Shown here in pieces: positions 8,601 to 17,054 of a stretch of DNA of 64,000 nucleotides. Every line of letters begins with the position of its first letter. The stretch's first letter is position 1. This DNA comes from Candidatus Curtissbacteria bacterium. Its GTDB lineage: Bacteria > Patescibacteriota > Microgenomatia > Curtissbacterales > GWA2-41-24. Under the pieces are notes generated by a model. That model had not been told where the DNA came from. It did not search any database and saw only the letters and a list, made by a program, of their open reading frames with translations. Position numbers and translations under genes: made by a program. The stretch covers positions 472-64,471 of the forward strand of contig JACPEV010000008.1 in NCBI GenBank assembly GCA_016183325.1, written 5' to 3'.

Positions 8601-8897
8601 ATGAAAACGAATGTTGAGCAAATTAAAGAGACTTTAGACCAAAACATGAAACTTCTTAGGGACAAATATGGTGTAAAACAACTCGGGGTGTTTGGCTCAG
8701 TCTCTCGCGGAGAAAATATTGAAACAAGTGATATTGATTTACTTGTTGAATTTTCAAAGCCAATCGGTCTTTTTAAATTTATCGAGCTAGAGGAATATCT
8801 TGGTGAACTTTTAGGTAATAAGGTCGATCTAGTCACAAAGGACGCCCTAAAACCAGCAATCAAAGAAGATGTTCTAAGGGAAGTGATTTATGTCTAA
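8601..8897 (+). CDS. mntA: MntA-type nucleotidyltransferase antitoxin
   Basis: GVFGSVSRGENIETSDIDLLVEF matches the GSxxRG…DxD minimal NTase motif. It overlaps hepT by 8 nt. Confidence 0.75.
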   Translation: MKTNVEQIKETLDQNMKLLRDKYGVKQLGVFGSVSRGENIETSDIDLLVEFSKPIGLFKFIELEEYLGELLGNKVDLVTKDALKPAIKEDVLREVIYV

Positions 8898-9228
8898 AAA
8901 GAGATATAGAGTTTATCTAGACGATATATTAACTTCGGTAGAAAGAATAAAAGATTACACAAAGAATTTATCCAAAGAAGATTTTCTCAAAGATCTGAAA
9001 ACTATAGATGCTGTTGTGAGAAACATCGAAATACTAGGCGAAGCGGCAAGAAATATTCCAGAAGATTTTAAAGAAAAATATCCCGAACTTCCATGGTCAA
9101 AAATGATAAGTATGAGAAACAAGGTGATTCACGAATATTCAGGGATTGATCTTGAAATACTTTGGCAAACGGTCCAAGAGGATATACCAAGCCTAGAAGA
9201 TCAGGTTAAAGAATTAGTAGAAAATTGA
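8890..9228 (+). CDS. hepT: HepT-type (DUF86) toxin
   Basis: RNKVIHEY matches the Rx4HxY motif near the C-terminus. 112 aa. Confidence 0.75.
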   Translation: MSKKRYRVYLDDILTSVERIKDYTKNLSKEDFLKDLKTIDAVVRNIEILGEAARNIPEDFKEKYPELPWSKMISMRNKVIHEYSGIDLEILWQTVQEDIPSLEDQVKELVEN

Positions 9229-9245
9229 GGCAACTTATCGAATCT

Positions 9246-9336
9246 GCCTGAGGAATGTGGGAATTCCTAAGTCGTCTACCATTTTTAGGTTCAAAACCAA
9301 TCAATAACTCCAAGAATGTATTAAGCCATTCTTCAG
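9246..9336 (+). repeat. decayed copy of the ftsZ 3' end (att-like direct repeat, copy 1) plus hairpin ccaagaatg…cattcttc
   Basis: ttatcgaatctgcctgaggaatgtgggaattcc matches ttatctaatttgtctgaggaatgtggggatgtc at 13614-13646 in 27 of 33 positions, same orientation. It is about 85% identical to 11042-11142 over roughly 85 nt. Confidence 0.55.
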
Positions 9337-9400
9337 TTCTCAAAAGGTAAGACTAGAATAACCAATAGTAGGGAAAATAGCAACAAGTTTAAAGGCTGCT

Positions 9401-9769
9401 CTAGGGAGTAGGCTGGCTTGCCTGTGGCTTGTTACTTGAAAATTGACCAAAAAGGTCAGAAAGATTTTTGATCTGATCAGAAGATAAGCTAGTTTTGATA
9501 TCATCAAACCATTCACTCAATAAGGCATCGTATTCATTTTGAAAGGCTTGCTCTAGCTGCTCTGCACTAGCCACTTGATCTATTGAGGGATTTGTATCGG
9601 TGGTGGCACTTTCTTCGAAAACTTGTAACTTTTCTTGAGGAATTTCCTGTAACATTTTTGTAGCGGTTCTTTGCTTGATTGTTGTAAAAAAATCCTCTAC
9701 GAATGCTTCTTTATCGTCTTGATACCCAATTATCTCAAGAATTTTTAAAATAAACTCTTTTCTTTGCAT
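9401..9769 (-). CDS. hypothetical acidic protein
   Basis: 122 aa, no recognisable family. Adjacent to 9772-10128. Confidence 0.3.
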   Translation of the reverse strand: MQRKEFILKILEIIGYQDDKEAFVEDFFTTIKQRTATKMLQEIPQEKLQVFEESATTDTNPSIDQVASAEQLEQAFQNEYDALLSEWFDDIKTSLSSDQIKNLSDLFGQFSSNKPQASQPTP

Positions 9770-9771
9770 TA

Positions 9772-10128
9772 TTAGCTTCTTTTTGTAAATCTTCCTTTTT
9801 CATCTCTAGGTTGTTCATATCTGTGAGGAAAAAACCTTCGACTACCTCCAAGAATGAAGTAATTAGCTCCTACCGCTGATGAAATAAGTCCAGCTGCCTT
9901 TACAATATCTCCTTCAGCAATAGCAATGGACCCGAACGTGGCGGCAGCAGAATCCAGCGCAGTCATAAAAACAAGACCAGCTTTTGTCAGTCCAGTTTTA
10001 TTCTCTATAACCTGCAAGGCATTTTTTGCTGATGTCGTTGCTTTTTCTAAAAAAGATTTTGACGAATCTGTAGGAGATTTTTCGGAAAGACCTTGATTTT
10101 CGCTAAATTCACTGTTACCTTCGCTCAT
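9772..10128 (-). CDS. hypothetical protein
   Basis: 118 aa, Ala/Gly-rich central region. No family recognised. Confidence 0.3.
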   Translation of the reverse strand: MSEGNSEFSENQGLSEKSPTDSSKSFLEKATTSAKNALQVIENKTGLTKAGLVFMTALDSAAATFGSIAIAEGDIVKAAGLISSAVGANYFILGGSRRFFPHRYEQPRDEKGRFTKRS

Positions 10129-10182
10129 TACATATATTATAACATTTTCTTACTTAATACGATTTTTAAAAAAGCGTCGCAC

Positions 10183-10327
10183 AATTATGTTTGTGCGCCT
10201 ATGAAAAATTAGTCTCGTTTAGCCTCGAAAATAAATAGTCGCAAAACGGGTGGTTTTTAAATTTTAGCCCTTCGATAAACTCTGGATTTTCAGCCTCAAC
10301 TCCCCTGCTCGGACTACCCTGTAGTTT
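10183..10327. repeat. ~150-nt intergenic repeat family, copy R2
   Basis: See 8383-8530. It begins gcgtcgcacaattatgtttgtgcgcc, a hairpin also found upstream of hicB. Confidence 0.5.
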
Positions 10328-10329
10328 TC

Positions 10330-10710
10330 CTATCGGAGCGGATTTAGGGTTTTTATGTCTTGCATGGGGAAATGCTTGGTATTCAGAGAGACCAGTTCAA
10401 GATCGTTTACATTGGCACAACCAGCAATTAAACAATCATCTAAGGTGAGATTTTTTAGTTGTTTTGAGTATTGCTGGCAGTAGAGACCGCCAATTTTTGC
10501 GGTTTTTTGGTCTAGATTGAAAATTATATGCTGGTTTAAAAAATCCTCCGTAGTTGACAATTCAGATGGAAAAACATTTCTGAAAATTTCTGCGATTGAA
10601 ATAACGGATATTGCCAGTGGTGATTTTTCTTTGAGTTTTGAGACTTTCTCTTTAACATCCTTTTTGCCTCGCAAAATCCAAATTAAGATATCTGTGTCTA
10701 GGAGAAACAT
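10330..10710 (-). CDS. vapC: VapC PIN-domain toxin
   Basis: MFLLDTDILIWILRG… carries the PIN acidic residues (D5, E, D). 126 aa. Confidence 0.75.
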   Translation of the reverse strand: MFLLDTDILIWILRGKKDVKEKVSKLKEKSPLAISVISIAEIFRNVFPSELSTTEDFLNQHIIFNLDQKTAKIGGLYCQQYSKQLKNLTLDDCLIAGCANVNDLELVSLNTKHFPMQDIKTLNPLR

Positions 10711-10713
10711 TAT

Positions 10714-10992
10714 TTAGAATGTTCGTTGGTTTTTGATGCGATTATTCTTGACCCAATCTATTACTTTCTTCTTTGTAGCCCATTCGGGATGATTTTTAGC
10801 AGTAAAAACACCGCTTGCTTTCCTAAGCGCTCTTTCATACGCGTCTTTGTCAAAAGTAAAGGTCTGAGTTATTTGGGCAATAGTCTTATTCTTTTTTTCG
10901 TCACGAATGAGCACACGGTTTCCTTTTATTACTTTATCCAAATAGCCAGATATATTTTTCCTGAGCTCGCTCACAGATACTGTTAGGGTCAT
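10714..10992 (-). CDS. Phd/YefM-like antitoxin partnered with VapC
   Basis: The N-terminus SVSELRKNISGYLDKVIKGNRVLI is Phd/YefM-like. A 4-nt spacer separates it from vapC. Confidence 0.6.
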   Translation of the reverse strand: MTLTVSVSELRKNISGYLDKVIKGNRVLIRDEKKNKTIAQITQTFTFDKDAYERALRKASGVFTAKNHPEWATKKKVIDWVKNNRIKNQRTF

Positions 10993-11041
10993 ATTTTCAT
11001 ATTAGTACAATATGTACAGATAGTCAATTATTGAGGAAGGA

Positions 11042-11142
11042 TTATCGAATTTGACGAAGGAATGTGGGGATTCCTAGGTCGTCTATCCTATTTAGGTTCA
11101 AAGTAGTTAAGACTGCCAAGAATAACGATTGTCATTCTTGGG
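11042..11142 (+). repeat. decayed copy of the ftsZ 3' end (att-like direct repeat, copy 2) plus hairpin ccaagaat…attcttgg
   Basis: gaaggattatcgaatttgacgaaggaatgtgggga matches gaaggtggttatctaatttgtctgaggaatgtgggga at 13605-13641. Confidence 0.55.
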
Positions 11143-11495
11143 TCATAAAAGATAGGTTAATACTAACCAATAGGTCAAGAAATATCAACAAGCTTCAGCA
11201 TTAGCCAGCTGAAGGTAAATATCGTATAATTTAACTGTGAAATACAAGTTTACAGCTTTAACCTTGTTTGTAGTTTTACTGTTGGGTATTGCCCTAGAAT
11301 TTAGCGAAAGTAAAGAGCACTTCAACACAGATAGAATTTCGATAATCCCTCTCAAGTTAGAAATTCCGAAACAACCACATGAACCAGTTCAGCAATATCC
11401 CATAACTCAAATTAGGTTGTCTGGCATGGCAAATATTGGAACTTCATCTATCAACCCAACGAGAATAAATTCTTCTGGAACAAATTTAACCTAAG

Positions 11496-11873
11496 ATGAA
11501 ATCAAAAGTAGAGACACAAAACGCACCAAGTGCCCCTGGTCTTTTGTCACAAGCAGTTGTAAATAATGGAATTATCTATGTAGCAGGCCAAATACATAGC
11601 TCTCCTAATGGAAAGTTAGTCGAAGGAACAACTGAAGCTAAAGTAAAACTGATAATGAAAAATTTACAAGCTATTCTTAAAGCTGCTGGTGCAGATTTTG
11701 ATGATGTACTTAAAGTAAATGTGTATGTCACGGATATTTCAGACTTACCTAAACTAAACGCAATTTATAAAACTTATTTCACGCAGGAACCTTTACCAGT
11801 TCGTGAAGCTGTTTGTGTTAAAGCCTTGCCACTTGGTGCAAGTATTGAAATGAGTTTAATGGCAGCAAAGTAA
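11496..11873 (+). CDS. ridA: RidA/YjgF-family reactive-intermediate deaminase
   Basis: 125 aa with the typical YjgF signature (…VYVTDISDLPKLNAIYKTYF…PVREAVCVKALPLGASIEM). Confidence 0.8.
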   Translation: MKSKVETQNAPSAPGLLSQAVVNNGIIYVAGQIHSSPNGKLVEGTTEAKVKLIMKNLQAILKAAGADFDDVLKVNVYVTDISDLPKLNAIYKTYFTQEPLPVREAVCVKALPLGASIEMSLMAAK

Positions 11874-11972
11874 TAAGTTAGGCTGTTAAGAATCAGTACG
11901 GTACACCCCTACCCACCCAGTTTTTCTGTATCCCAAAACCTATTAGACCTCGAATAAATCTGCGATGTGATT

Positions 11973-12755
11973 TTAGGTTTGACTGAAGAATCTAGCTATC
12001 ATATCCACCACTTCAGATTCATAGGGCTCATCGTGAAATCCGTGCTTTGACCCCTTGATAACGCGAAACTCCTTGCTGGCGTTAGATAACTCATCAAATC
12101 TATGTTGCACATGTCTAATGTCAACTTTTTCATCTCGGCTACCATGAACAGCAAGTAGCGGACCCATATAATTTTCCAACTCTTGGTACGGATAATAACT
12201 TCTCATTTCATCTATTAGGGGTTTACCCATTTTGAATCTCCTTGAGGCTACTTCAATAAAACCAAATCTTTTTAATCTATCGGTTAAATTGATAAATGTT
12301 CTCATTGCCCAAACCGTGGTTGGGTGTAAAAATGCTTTATCGTAATCGAGCACGGGATTTGCCAAGAACAGCATCTGAACTGCATCTGGATTGCGTCCGG
12401 CATATAGGGCAGCAATACTGCCGCCAAAGCTGGCACCTGCCAGACCTAACCAGTCAATTCCCTTTGCTCTCATAAAATCAACAACTGCTCCCAAATCTCT
12501 TACCTCACCAGAAATAGTGAAGTCCCTAATTGAATCTCCAGAACTTTTACCATGTGCCCTGAAATCAAACCTGATAGTAGAAAACCCGAGTCTATTTAGT
12601 TCTGGTTCTGCACGAACAAATATTCCTTCGTCATCTTTATTTACAGTCATTCCATGAGCAAAAATTATCCCTTTCGAGGAATCTTCGACTTGGATAAATA
12701 CTCCATCCAAACTAAACTTATCCGCAGTTTTTATTTTTATATCTTTACGCTCCAT
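11973..12755 (-). CDS. alpha/beta-hydrolase (dienelactone-hydrolase-like)
   Basis: GxSxG nucleophile elbow (LAGASFGGSIA) and a C-terminal His (GSKHGFHD). Confidence 0.65.
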   Translation of the reverse strand: MERKDIKIKTADKFSLDGVFIQVEDSSKGIIFAHGMTVNKDDEGIFVRAEPELNRLGFSTIRFDFRAHGKSSGDSIRDFTISGEVRDLGAVVDFMRAKGIDWLGLAGASFGGSIAALYAGRNPDAVQMLFLANPVLDYDKAFLHPTTVWAMRTFINLTDRLKRFGFIEVASRRFKMGKPLIDEMRSYYPYQELENYMGPLLAVHGSRDEKVDIRHVQHRFDELSNASKEFRVIKGSKHGFHDEPYESEVVDMIARFFSQT

Positions 12756-12816
12756 AATTTATTTAATCCCATTAAAAGGTACAGATTTGCTTTGTCCGAA
12801 ATTTAAAATCTTTGAT

Positions 12817-13245
12817 TTAGATTGAAATAATGATTTCTTCTTCTTTTCTGTTGAATAATACCTTATGGCACTTGTCGAAAAAGCCATTTTGACCCAAAAG
12901 CGGAATTTGCTGTTGGTAGCTAAAATAGGCGTTTGTTTCGATTTTGTGGCCTTCTATAAAAATTCCGATGCCTTCATGAAGGAAGCTGTCAATCTGGATA
13001 TCGCCAATTCCTGCGATTTTGTGTTTTTTGCCCTTTGGAATATTAATTCCTAACTTTTCTCCAAGTGATGCTGGGAATAAATTGACGCTCGCTCCTGAAT
13101 CGACAAGTGCCAGAACATTGAACATCTGTCCTCTTTTGTAATTAATAACAACGTCGATCAACGGAATGGGAACGTAAATTACTTTTTCATTTTGCTGTCG
13201 TGGAGCTTGAAAATATCTAAATTTGTGAGCGGACATCAAGGACAA
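12817..13245 (-). CDS. retropepsin-like (clan AA) aspartic protease, cassette 1
   Basis: LALVDSGASVNLFP matches the D-S/T-G-A catalytic motif. A likely true start is the Met at 13236, whose ATG overlaps the upstream stop (TGATG). Confidence 0.6.
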   Translation of the reverse strand: MSLMSAHKFRYFQAPRQQNEKVIYVPIPLIDVVINYKRGQMFNVLALVDSGASVNLFPASLGEKLGINIPKGKKHKIAGIGDIQIDSFLHEGIGIFIEGHKIETNAYFSYQQQIPLLGQNGFFDKCHKVLFNRKEEEIIISI

Positions 13246-13430
13246 TAGGGCACTAGAGGGGGAACTGCCATAAAAATTACTTTTTCCCTATCAACTTTTT
13301 TTGATACTTCCTCAAGGCTTTTTCCGTGGGCAACTATTTTTGTCTTATTTTTATCCAGAGCTACCCACTGCTTTGCATATTTTTCTAATCCTTTAATTGG
13401 TTTCTGTTTCATAAACCTATTATACTCCAA
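13236..13430 (-). CDS. small partner protein of the retropepsin cassette (KYxxxWVAL…V-A-G motif)
   Basis: 64 aa; KYAKQWVALDKNKTKIVAHGKSLEE aligns with the 61746-61943 product (KYKGKWVALKDDEKTVVASGSTAKE). Translationally coupled to the protease. Confidence 0.5.
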   Translation of the reverse strand: MEYNRFMKQKPIKGLEKYAKQWVALDKNKTKIVAHGKSLEEVSKKVDREKVIFMAVPPLVPYCP

Positions 13431-13440
13431 TTTTCAAATG

Positions 13441-13549
13441 AACTACCACGACTTAACAGTCGTGGTATCCTCAGGCTACGCCTTCGGCGAGTACGTAATT
13501 GTTCAATTCACCCACGGGTAAAAACCCGTGGTACTTGCGAACAATTATA
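13441..13549 (-). repeat. structured three-hairpin element, copy B (inverted relative to copy A at 206-311)
   Basis: About 95% identical to the reverse complement of 206-311. It lies between the ftsZ stop and the cassette 1 start. Confidence 0.5.
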
Positions 13550-13615
13550 AATCCTGAATCCTTAACAGGTCGGAGTCGTTAGACTCCAGACAAGTCCAGG
13601 ATGACAAGAAGGTGG

Positions 13616-14695
13616 TTATCTAATTTGTCTGAGGAATGTGGGGATGTCGAATTCATCCTCGTCGATTGAGGTTGGAGTTTCTTCAGAAGGTTGAGCTGTC
13701 TCCCCATCTTGCTGAGGAGTCACCTGAACGAACTTTCGTCTGGTTTCATCAAAACCTGTGGCAATAACTGTGACTTTAACCTGGTCGATGAGCTTTTCGT
13801 CGATAGTGGCACCAAAGATAATTTGGGCATCGGGATCGGCTTGACTGGTGATGACTTTGGCAGCTTCGTCAACTTCACTCATGGTCATATCGCTACCGCC
13901 AGTGATGTTGAAAAGAATGCCTCTTGCGCCGTCGATTGACGAATCTAAAAGCGGTGAGGCAATAGAAGATCTGGCTGCAGTTGATGCTCGATTTTCACCA
14001 GAGGCGGTACCTACACCCATCAATGTTGTACCGGCACTGGTCATGATAGTCTTAACATCGGCAAAATCAACGTTGATTAAGCCCGGCATGACGATGATAT
14101 CTGAAATTCCCTGAACACCTTGAGAAAGAACAGAGTCGGCAAGTTTAAACGCCTCAAGGAGAGAAACGTTCTTATCGACAACTTCAAGTAATTTTTGATT
14201 GGGAATAACAATCAACGTGTCGACTTTGTCTTTAAGACTTACAATGCCATCATCGGCGACAACCATGCGGCGAGTACCTTCAAATCCAAAAGGTTTGGTG
14301 ACTACGGCAACAGAAAGAATACCAAGTTTTCTCGCCAGCTCGGCAATAACTGGACCAGCACCTGTCCCGGTACCTCCTCCGGCACCGTAAGTTAGAAAAA
14401 CCATGTCGGCACCAGTTATTACTTCTTTGATGCGCTCTAAAGATTCTTCTGCAGCTTTTTTGCCAATCTCAGGGTCGGCACCTGCCCCAAGACCCTTGGT
14501 CAGGCCATCGCCGATTTGAACTTTAGTTTGAGCTTGATTTGCCAAGAGATGTTGTTGATCAGTGTTAACAGCCACAAAATCTACACCTTGGATTTGAGCA
14601 TTGGCGATCATGGAGTTTAAAGCATTGCAGCCACCTCCACCAATGCCAAGAACTTTTATTTTGGCGAATCTATTGACGTCGGGTTTAATTAACAT
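13616..14695 (-). CDS. ftsZ: cell-division GTPase FtsZ
   Basis: GGGTGTG tubulin signature, NTDQQ, acidic C-terminal tail …DEDEFDIPTFLRQIR. Confidence 0.95.
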   Translation of the reverse strand: MLIKPDVNRFAKIKVLGIGGGGCNALNSMIANAQIQGVDFVAVNTDQQHLLANQAQTKVQIGDGLTKGLGAGADPEIGKKAAEESLERIKEVITGADMVFLTYGAGGGTGTGAGPVIAELARKLGILSVAVVTKPFGFEGTRRMVVADDGIVSLKDKVDTLIVIPNQKLLEVVDKNVSLLEAFKLADSVLSQGVQGISDIIVMPGLINVDFADVKTIMTSAGTTLMGVGTASGENRASTAARSSIASPLLDSSIDGARGILFNITGGSDMTMSEVDEAAKVITSQADPDAQIIFGATIDEKLIDQVKVTVIATGFDETRRKFVQVTPQQDGETAQPSEETPTSIDEDEFDIPTFLRQIR

Positions 14696-14758
14696 TGAAG
14701 CGGTGACAATTTAACATAGAGGCAGGTGATTTGCAAGCGTTTTTTGCGTAAGAGAAAT

Positions 14759-16036
14759 TTACGGCAAGAGTGATTTAATCCAGTTAATACCTTTGTTAAC
14801 TACACCTTTTATTTCGATTCTTCCTACCAGAGGAAGTCTGACTTCTTCCTGTTGAAATTGAGTACCGTAGATAACTAGCCCAAGAGCAGCAGCAAAAGCC
14901 GGCGAGGCAATTTCATCAACAAGGCCTGTTGCGCCTTGCGGCAAGCCGAGCCTAACGGGCATCCCGAGTTCTTGCTTGGCGATATCAATCATACCAACTG
15001 TCGATGCTCCCCCGCCAGTTAAAACTACGCCAGAAGGAGTAAGACCAGTTGCGCCTGATTTTTGAAGCTCGAGTTTAACCATGTTGATAATTTCGCGAAT
15101 TCTAGGTTTAATGATTCCATCACTAAGAGTTTTTCTGGAAACTTGCCTTAAATCTTCCTCAATACCAAGGCCTGAAATATCTAAGTTATCTGGTTCTTTT
15201 TTATCTTGAGCCTTCCCGTTTGCACTGGATTCAACGGCGATTTTAGGAGGCTGAGACAGAGCAAGTTTAATTTTTTCAGCGGATTCAAGGGAGATGCGCA
15301 AGCCGATTGCCAAATCGTTGGTTACGTTTCTGGCGCCAATAGGTAGAACAGAGCAATAGGCGGGAGCTCCATCGGTGAAAACACAGATGTCAGTGGTACC
15401 ACCTCCGAAATCTACTAAGATTACTCCGAGTTCCTTTTCAGTATCAGTTAAAACTGAATAGGAGGAAGCAAGACCAGAAAAGACCATCCCTTCGACGTCA
15501 ACACCAACCTGACTAATGCATTTGGCGATATTTCTGAAAGCGGTGGCTGCACCGGTGACAATATGAGTTTCAACCTCCATCCTGACACCGTTCATGCCAA
15601 TTGGATCTTTAATACCGCTTTGGGAATCGACAACAAAATATCTCGGGATGACATGAAGAATTTCTCTAGACGAAGGTAAAGATATTGCCCTGGCAGCTTC
15701 AACTACTCTAGTAACATCTTCTGCTGAAATCTCTCCGTTTCTTTCAGAAACAGCAACGACTCCTTTGCTATTTTGTGAATCAATGTGAATACCGTCAACT
15801 GAAACGAAAGATGCACCAACTGAATACCCAGCCATTCTCTCAGATGATTCCAAAGATTGAGTTATGGAAGTAACGGCTTCATCAATATCGACAACCTGGC
15901 CTTTTCTTAAACCTCTTGAGGGAACCGAGGAAACTCCAATTATATTAACCTGGGACTCATTCTGGATGGTAGCAATAATGGTGGTAATCTTCGACGATCC
16001 AACATCAATACCAACAATAACTTTATCTTTAGACAT
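14759..16036 (-). CDS. ftsA: cell-division protein FtsA
   Basis: Actin-like ATPase motifs (VGIDVGSSKI, DFGGGTTD). 425 aa. Confidence 0.9.
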   Translation of the reverse strand: MSKDKVIVGIDVGSSKITTIIATIQNESQVNIIGVSSVPSRGLRKGQVVDIDEAVTSITQSLESSERMAGYSVGASFVSVDGIHIDSQNSKGVVAVSERNGEISAEDVTRVVEAARAISLPSSREILHVIPRYFVVDSQSGIKDPIGMNGVRMEVETHIVTGAATAFRNIAKCISQVGVDVEGMVFSGLASSYSVLTDTEKELGVILVDFGGGTTDICVFTDGAPAYCSVLPIGARNVTNDLAIGLRISLESAEKIKLALSQPPKIAVESSANGKAQDKKEPDNLDISGLGIEEDLRQVSRKTLSDGIIKPRIREIINMVKLELQKSGATGLTPSGVVLTGGGASTVGMIDIAKQELGMPVRLGLPQGATGLVDEIASPAFAAALGLVIYGTQFQQEEVRLPLVGRIEIKGVVNKGINWIKSLLP

Positions 16037-16158
16037 ATTTCCTTTTTCTAGAAATTTGTTAAGTGGAAATTAGAAATTGGTATTGAAATTCGAAATTTCC
16101 AATAACTAATTTCTTTAAATTTCGGCTTTCATGCTTCGAGTTTGGGATTTATTGTTAA

Positions 16159-16836
16159 TCATTGGAATTCCTTGTACTCCACAACTGGCTTGTCAAAGCG
16201 TAGATCAATTTTTGCGATTTTTGACGAATTTATTTTAGATACTATCAAGACCTGCTGTAAAGAGTCAACCTGCTCATCTGGTGATTTTTTAGAGGAAAAG
16301 ATGGCGATAGTTCCCTGTTGATTGTAAGCGGCCAGATCCTCGTTTGATATGATTCTAATATTCTGGACATTATAATCAGATTTCATAAGGGGCATTGCTA
16401 ATTTTAGCGCAAAGACTATAATTTCGTCAGTGATTTTTTGCCCAAGTTGAAGTTTTAAATTTTGAGGCAAATAAAGAGTAGGCAGATTTTGATTATCATT
16501 TTGGACTATTTGGCCGTCTTCTGTTAGGGAAAGATTACTTGCTTCAATTTTGACGACAGGTTTTTTGACTGTAATATCCAAGACAATTTTTGCCGGGAAT
16601 TCTCTTTTGAGGCTGACTTTGTCGACACAAGAATACTGGTTTTTGATTTGGGCCTCCAAGGTTTTCTGGTCAATTAAAAGAATGTTTTGATTGCCTAAGT
16701 TCAGATCGTTTAAAAGATTCTGATTTGGAATACATTGTTGACTCTGGTTTGTGACAACTTCTTTAATTTTAAGAAGCGGGGAGAAAAAGATAGATACTAA
16801 AATAATAATAACCAAAACGGGCAGCACTTTGGCCAT
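16159..16836 (-). CDS. ftsQ: FtsQ/DivIB-type cell-division protein (TM + POTRA)
   Basis: N-terminal TM segment, POTRA-like β-rich domain, position between ftsA and murG. Confidence 0.55.
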   Translation of the reverse strand: MAKVLPVLVIIILVSIFFSPLLKIKEVVTNQSQQCIPNQNLLNDLNLGNQNILLIDQKTLEAQIKNQYSCVDKVSLKREFPAKIVLDITVKKPVVKIEASNLSLTEDGQIVQNDNQNLPTLYLPQNLKLQLGQKITDEIIVFALKLAMPLMKSDYNVQNIRIISNEDLAAYNQQGTIAIFSSKKSPDEQVDSLQQVLIVSKINSSKIAKIDLRFDKPVVEYKEFQ

Positions 16837-16882
16837 ATATTAAGTATAACTCTACTGGTTAATAGTTAACAGTGAATAGTTA

Positions 16883-17045
16883 ATGGAGCTTGCTGAAAAC
16901 CTGTTAGCCTCGCAACAATGAGAAAAGACTACTTTGACAAACCATTAGTTTGTCATTCTGGCTTGTCCAGAATCCTTACTAGAATCAGATTCTGGAGTCG
17001 CTTCGCTCCCCAGAATGACAGTTTAACTTAGGTTTTCAGCAAGCT
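16883..17045. repeat. MITE/REP-like nested hairpin element in the ftsQ-murG spacer
   Basis: Outer 15-bp inverted repeat gcttgctgaaaacct/aggttttcagcaagc. Inner element 16952-17019 is bounded by GTCATTCTG/CAGAATGAC. A related element lies inside the glycosyltransferase gene at 60736. Confidence 0.45.
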
Positions 17046-17054
17046 CGTTAATGA

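Noticed and set aside
206-13549. Composite transposon bounded by the two inverted copies of the structured element
   Set aside because: There is no transposase or integrase between them. The interval is a mosaic of TA modules and ftsZ-3' repeats rather than one unit.
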